Source: a virus
Virus record (IMG/VR): IMGVR_UViG_3300036893_000049
Coordinates: 1-64,000 of that record
Length of the DNA: 64,000 bases
Direction: 5' to 3' (one strand)
Part shown: positions 59,546 to 64,000 of the stretch, piece by piece
Layout: each line of letters begins with the position of its first letter
Numbering within the stretch: the first letter of the stretch is position 1
The notes under the pieces: model-generated
What the model was told of the DNA's origin: nothing
The model's input: only the letters and a program-made list of their open reading frames with translations
Databases searched by the model: none
Translations under genes and position numbers: made by a program

Positions 59546-60907
59546 TCAGTCTTTCCAAGGATCATCGATTCCGTCTCCCGCCATCGCCACGGCGAATGGC
59601 CGTAGTGTGTGCAGCACTCGCGTCGAGGCCGCGTGGTGAGCCAGCACTTCCGGCAAACGGCGATAAGCCATCGGACTTTCGTCCAGACCGCCGCCCGCCA
59701 GTAACACGCCGCGATCTTGCAACCACGCCTCCATCTGGGTACGGGTGAACGTGCGAATCGCTTGTTTCCGCCCGAATAATCGCCCGGCACCGTGGACCGT
59801 CGAGTAGAGCGCATCCTTCGCTTCTTGGCAGTCAACACCTTCCAAGATCACAGCGTCATCGCCCATGGAGCCGCCAACAAAGCCCTTTTGGCCGGGGAAG
59901 GCTGGAGTTGCACCTTTTCGAACTACCCAGAGATCACGGCCGTTATGCGTTTCGCGCCACGCGTAATTATGATGGTTGTGAACCATTTCGGTCACTGAGC
60001 CGCCGATGATCTGGCGAACACGTTCAACCACCCATTCACGACCGGCGTAAGAGTACCTTCCGGCCAATTGCATCGCCGCGATATAACGGCGGCCGACTTC
60101 ACTATCTTCATCGACCACGGCGGGTGCAACGTTCATGCCGTCTTTCCCGCCAGCCGCTTTCAGATATCGTGTCGCGCTGGTGTGACCGAAACCGCGAGAA
60201 CCGAAGTGGACGCCGATCCAAACGAAATCGTCTTCATCTCGCATGAGATCGACATAATGGTTGCCTGATCCGACCGTTCCTAGCTGTGCGACGGCTTTTG
60301 AGCGGTATTCACCCATGTCGGATTCGCGCCATGCGTCGCTGTCGTCAAAGAGTTCATGTTCCACGCGCTCCTCATTGGTGCGACCGACGCCGAATGAAAT
60401 AACCTTGCGGACATCTTCAAGGATTGGATGGATACGATCCTGGATATCGGAAAATGGCGTGTCCAGGCGAACGGCCATGTTGCCGCATCCGATATCGAAA
60501 CCGACACCGGAAATGCTGATCTGCTTTTCATAAGCGATCACGCCCCCAACAGGTTGCGCGTAACCAAGATGACCGTCCGCGCAAATCACGCCCTTAACCG
60601 CGTTGCCGATAGCCATGCAGTTTCGCATCTGAGCGATGGTGTTGGGATCGTGATCGCCGAAGATCGTCAGAGGACTGTCGCGGAATCGTTCCTCCTGCGG
60701 GCGCAGATTGACGATGCTGGCCGCGAGGTCCGCTGCCTCCCTGGCGTTTTGCGCCGAACGGGCAGCATCGCGGAAATCGCACCATGCGGGCATACCCCGC
60801 TCACTGCCGGGTTTCGCGACACGCGAATCCGGATCGATGCCTTTAGCCTGGCACATTTCGCGTGCGGCGACTTCCAATGGATCGGCTCGACGTGTTGAAA
60901 CAGACAT
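59546..60907 (-). CDS. rtcB: RNA ligase RtcB
   Basis: ADGHLG..QPVG, GFDIGCG, GTVGSGNHYV, VHFGSRG, HNHHNY, RKGAT, STVHGAGR, DESPMAY motifs. Confidence 0.95.
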   Translation of the reverse strand: MSVSTRRADPLEVAAREMCQAKGIDPDSRVAKPGSERGMPAWCDFRDAARSAQNAREAADLAASIVNLRPQEERFRDSPLTIFGDHDPNTIAQMRNCMAIGNAVKGVICADGHLGYAQPVGGVIAYEKQISISGVGFDIGCGNMAVRLDTPFSDIQDRIHPILEDVRKVISFGVGRTNEERVEHELFDDSDAWRESDMGEYRSKAVAQLGTVGSGNHYVDLMRDEDDFVWIGVHFGSRGFGHTSATRYLKAAGGKDGMNVAPAVVDEDSEVGRRYIAAMQLAGRYSYAGREWVVERVRQIIGGSVTEMVHNHHNYAWRETHNGRDLWVVRKGATPAFPGQKGFVGGSMGDDAVILEGVDCQEAKDALYSTVHGAGRLFGRKQAIRTFTRTQMEAWLQDRGVLLAGGGLDESPMAYRRLPEVLAHHAASTRVLHTLRPFAVAMAGDGIDDPWKD

Positions 60908-60925
60908 AACTCTCTCCTTCTATAA

Positions 60926-61004
60926 GGCATCGCCGCACGGGACTCGAACCCGCCGCCTATCCGTTAGTGGCCACTGTGCAGTTCCGACGTTTGCACACGG
61001 CGAT
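60926..61004 (-). ncRNA. tRNA-like RNA with degenerate anticodon arm
   Basis: acceptor ATCGCCG(T)/(G)CGGCGAT, D arm GTGCA/TGCAC with GG loop, T arm GCGGG-TTCGAGT-CCCGT. Confidence 0.7.
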
Positions 61005-61010
61005 ATGGGA

Positions 61011-61991
61011 TCACAAAATCGCGGTTCGATAAGCATCCTTCACGATAGCGTCGATCACGCCGTGGTCCGGCGTCTCGGGCAGTGCGGATACCTCCTCCTC
61101 TGCTTCTACTCGTTCCAACAAATCCTCGATTTCCTCCGCGACGGCGGCATAGGGCAGTTCGCCTTTCTTGATCGCCAGAATATGCTTGGCGTTCAGCAGT
61201 GGAAAGGTGATATGGCCAGATCGCAACAGTTCCAGAGCCTCGCCGCCAACTCGCACCGCATGAGAAAGCGCCTTCCAATCGACGTTTTCGTTACGTTCGG
61301 CCTGCAACGCGCGGGCGCCATATTCGTCCAGTAGTCGAACATAGATCGCGCGCGTATCCTTCAACGATGTGAAGAACGGTGCCTTACGGTTACAGCATTC
61401 AAGATGCGGGATCGGATCGGGACGGCTTGGATGCGGGATAAATATGATCGCGGTATGATCGAGTTTATGTTCCGCGATGAACGTAGGCAGCGTGTCTGCC
61501 GCGATCTCCAACTTTGCCAGATGCCCGTATTCCATGATGGCCTGGTCAAACCAATTCACGATCTCGCGGGCGGCATGAACGCGCGAGCCTTTGATTCCAT
61601 ATTTGTTTGCCTGAGTTCGGCAATAGCCAATGAAGCTGGCGGCACGACGGCTCAACAACTGATGGCGACAATCCCAGATACGGCCCCAGATCGGATCGGG
61701 ATCGCATGTCATAGCCCATCGTGGCGCAAACAGCATGTCCAGAGCAACGGTCTGCCCTTCTGCCAGCAATGACAAATACCGATGGAGCGCATAAGCCTCC
61801 CGGTCGATATCGCCCGCGACGTTCTTTTCGCCAGTCTGCTTGGGTCGTTTGTCTGTTACCGTCGCTTTAACGCGTTGCAATAGGATCGCGTCCGCGTCTG
61901 GCACAAACACGGTTTTGTAATCCACGTCCGACGCTGGCGTGGACGTGCCGTAGAGGTGCGAGCCAAACTTGATCTCGACAAGGGTTTTCAC
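61011..61991 (-). CDS. Pol-beta family nucleotidyltransferase, RlaP/NrdC.11-like
   Basis: FGSHLYGTSTPASDVDYK, DWKALSHAVR, ILAIKKGEL, SALPETPD. Confidence 0.85.
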   Translation of the reverse strand: MKTLVEIKFGSHLYGTSTPASDVDYKTVFVPDADAILLQRVKATVTDKRPKQTGEKNVAGDIDREAYALHRYLSLLAEGQTVALDMLFAPRWAMTCDPDPIWGRIWDCRHQLLSRRAASFIGYCRTQANKYGIKGSRVHAAREIVNWFDQAIMEYGHLAKLEIAADTLPTFIAEHKLDHTAIIFIPHPSRPDPIPHLECCNRKAPFFTSLKDTRAIYVRLLDEYGARALQAERNENVDWKALSHAVRVGGEALELLRSGHITFPLLNAKHILAIKKGELPYAAVAEEIEDLLERVEAEEEVSALPETPDHGVIDAIVKDAYRTAIL

Positions 61992-62404
61992 GACTTATCT
62001 CCAAACATCGCCGCGAACCGTTCTCGTAGAATTTGCTCGGCCTTAGCAGTCAGGATTTGTTCAATTGCGGGGTTCAATTCTTTCCACGTCTCATTGATAC
62101 GTTCGAGGATCATCTTATTGATCGCACCATGCGTCACATCGTTGATGAACGCCGCCGCCATCGCGGTCATGGTGTCCGCGAGCATCTTTTGATATTTGGT
62201 CGCGATGGTTTTTTTATACCAATCGTCTTGAATCATCTCGCTCTTGAGGAACGAATTAATATGGGCTTCAACCGCCTCTCGTGTGGTGCGGCGCGCGATT
62301 TCCTGCGCTACCTGAGCCGCGCCAGTTCTGGCCAATTCAACCGTGGCTTCGGGGTCCAGTTCCAGCAATTTCGCGATTGCCGGTGCGCTCAGCAGCAGTT
62401 TCAT
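61988..62404 (-). CDS. hypothetical protein
   Basis: coupled by start/stop overlaps on both sides. Confidence 0.55.
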   Translation of the reverse strand: MKLLLSAPAIAKLLELDPEATVELARTGAAQVAQEIARRTTREAVEAHINSFLKSEMIQDDWYKKTIATKYQKMLADTMTAMAAAFINDVTHGAINKMILERINETWKELNPAIEQILTAKAEQILRERFAAMFGDKS

Positions 62405-62598
62405 AAAAAAGCACTCGCTCTCATGGCTTTCCGAACGGCATGGTCCCACGGTTCGGAATTGTGTGGCAGCACGACGGCATACTCGCCGCCCTTCTTATCG
62501 ACCCGGTAGCGGATCGCGATGTGATCGCCGGACGGCTCGTGGAGATACACGCTCAGTTCCCCGGCGCGGTCGAAAATGGTCAGTTGCGTGCCAGACAT
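62401..62598 (-). CDS. hypothetical protein
   Basis: GGAGG Shine-Dalgarno. Confidence 0.5.
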   Translation of the reverse strand: MSGTQLTIFDRAGELSVYLHEPSGDHIAIRYRVDKKGGEYAVVLPHNSEPWDHAVRKAMRASAFL

Positions 62599-62749
62599 CC
62601 CACCCTCCAAAATCCCCGCCCCGGCCAGCGCAGACGCGGGGTGTCTGTAGAGCCGGGACTATTCCCCGTCGCTGGCCGGGGAGTGGTGGATACGACGATT
62701 GGGGTTGACAGATCAATGCACCCGATCTTTTGAAGCAACCGGACGGTTT

Positions 62750-63241
62750 TCATACCGCCCCCATCTTTCTCAAAAAATCCCGGGCGACCTCCGCGACCGG
62801 CAGCGGGTGAGTGGCCCCCTCCGCTACATCCGGCTTGCTCCGGTCCTTAGCCGTATGCTCGATCAGACCAAGTATCGATTGTTCCCGCAACGCTTCACGC
62901 AGTGCAGGTGGCGAAATGTCATTGGCCTTGGCGAGACCATTAGATATGGTACGAAATCCCCGCCGCGCCTGACTACGAATACGGGCACGAGCCGTTTGAC
63001 CGATTTTGTGCAGATCGTCAGGAACGACGCGTTTATATCCAACACGGCGCACGGAAGCGAATACCGCGCCATTTTCTCGTTCAACGACAAAAATCGCGCG
63101 ATAAAGAAGATACCGGCATACGTTAATGTTCCGGCCGATTGCCTTACTGAAATCGTCGAATGTCAACGTTTCGCCAAAAGGACAAGCGGCGAGAAGGTCC
63201 GCGAGGATGCGGGTGTCCTGGTGTAACTCCATGACGATCAT
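62750..63241 (-). CDS. putative winged-helix protein downstream of the RAMP/array
   Basis: GETLTFDDFSKAIG...FASVRRVGYKRV; AGGAG Shine-Dalgarno abuts the array. Confidence 0.6.
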   Translation of the reverse strand: MIVMELHQDTRILADLLAACPFGETLTFDDFSKAIGRNINVCRYLLYRAIFVVERENGAVFASVRRVGYKRVVPDDLHKIGQTARARIRSQARRGFRTISNGLAKANDISPPALREALREQSILGLIEHTAKDRSKPDVAEGATHPLPVAEVARDFLRKMGAV

Positions 63242-63253
63242 GGGAAGGCTCCT

Positions 63254-63402
63254 GTATTGTGTCGTGCTGTGCGGTGGTGTGGCGTGACGTGTCGTGCGGT
63301 GCCGTGGTGTGGAGTGGTGTGCTGTGGTGTGATGATTTTGGCAGTCCCAACAGAAGCGAGAACGATTCCGTTGGGATTGCCGATGATGTGCCGTGGCGTG
63401 GT
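63254..63402 (-). repeat. pentamer array (NN-CAC)n split by a hairpin; putative guide RNA
   Basis: 16 contiguous units 63254-63333, hairpin 63340-63381, 3 more units 63388-63402. Confidence 0.9.
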
Positions 63403-63403
63403 A

Positions 63404-63997
63404 TCATGCAACCATCTGGCGATTATCCTGCCAGACCAGTTTATCCAGAACGAAGCGGCCATTGTGACCGCCATTTTGTGGCCGGAACTGGCCGATTCCA
63501 ATAAAGAGGCCAGCAAGTTCCACCATGTCCCGGAAAACGGGCTCGACGATGATCGGGTCCAGGATGATGATTTCGAATGTCGATGACCATTCCCGAACCA
63601 CGGGAAAGCGGCGCACGACTCGTTTGCCTGAACCCCGGACACCATCGGCGTTGGCTGAGATCGTAACCATCATCGCCTCTGAGGGATCGATATTCAGGAT
63701 TGGTGCGGCGGGGATCATCACGCCGCTGGTGAACTTGGCGGACCATGTGGCCTTCCCCTGGCCCGGGATTTGGATTTTTGAATATTTCGCCGCCGCGATC
63801 AGGCATTGGTGAAAACCGTGCGGTGGAATAATGATGGTTTTTTTGCCGTCGTGTTCCTCGATGGACAATTTGCTACGCCATGTCCTGGCGTCATAGGCAT
63901 CTGGCGACTCGCCTTCGAGCCGCGGGTCATTGTGTTGCCGGGACTGACTGTACGGCGCGGTGCCACGGAGGGTCAGTTGAGCGATGGTGTATTGCAT
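63404..63997 (-). CDS. stand-alone Cas7/RAMP-like protein
   Basis: N-terminal strand LTLRGTAPY, IIIPPHGFHQCL..AA, RFP...WSSTFEI, C-terminal G-loop AGLFIGIGQFRPQNGGHNGRF. Confidence 0.75.
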   Translation of the reverse strand: MQYTIAQLTLRGTAPYSQSRQHNDPRLEGESPDAYDARTWRSKLSIEEHDGKKTIIIPPHGFHQCLIAAAKYSKIQIPGQGKATWSAKFTSGVMIPAAPILNIDPSEAMMVTISANADGVRGSGKRVVRRFPVVREWSSTFEIIILDPIIVEPVFRDMVELAGLFIGIGQFRPQNGGHNGRFVLDKLVWQDNRQMVA

Positions 63998-64000
63998 GGA

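Noticed and set aside
63254-63402. CRISPR array or simple microsatellite
   Set aside because: There are no 25-40-nt repeats with spacers, and variation is confined to two fixed positions per unit, unlike slippage.
63238-63645. His/Thr-rich and Cys/Val-rich ORFs over the pentamer array
   Set aside because: They are translation artefacts of a stop-free 5-nt repeat and overlap the RAMP gene.

Overview
The whole window is part of a tailed dsDNA phage or prophage genome (contractile tail, about 60% GC), truncated at both ends. The host is probably an alphaproteobacterium, judged from the GapR-like, RHH_4-like and DUF6456-like genes. Layout: (i) 0.1-18 kb, rightward early/middle genes: ParB-like, GapR-Rmf fusion, AAA ATPase, two DNA methyltransferases, RecE-like exonuclease, Sak4-like ATPase, VRR-NUC, primase-polymerase/helicase and a likely origin; (ii) 18-25 kb, a leftward operon of small accessory genes; (iii) a divergent promoter switch with an RHH regulator followed by an intact stand-alone TnpB; (iv) 28-57 kb, packaging, head, tail, baseplate and fibre genes; (v) 57.8-64 kb, a mostly leftward RNA-rich island: tRNA-Thr, several structured RNA candidates, RtcB, a tRNA-like RNA and an RlaP-like nucleotidyltransferase. 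The most striking feature is at the right edge: a stand-alone Cas7/RAMP-like gene followed immediately by a non-coding array of 5-nt units with an invariant CAC and a variable dinucleotide. This looks like a CRISPR-independent RNA-guided system. No integrase, endolysin or CRISPR array was recognised. Family assignments come from motif recognition by eye, not from database searches.
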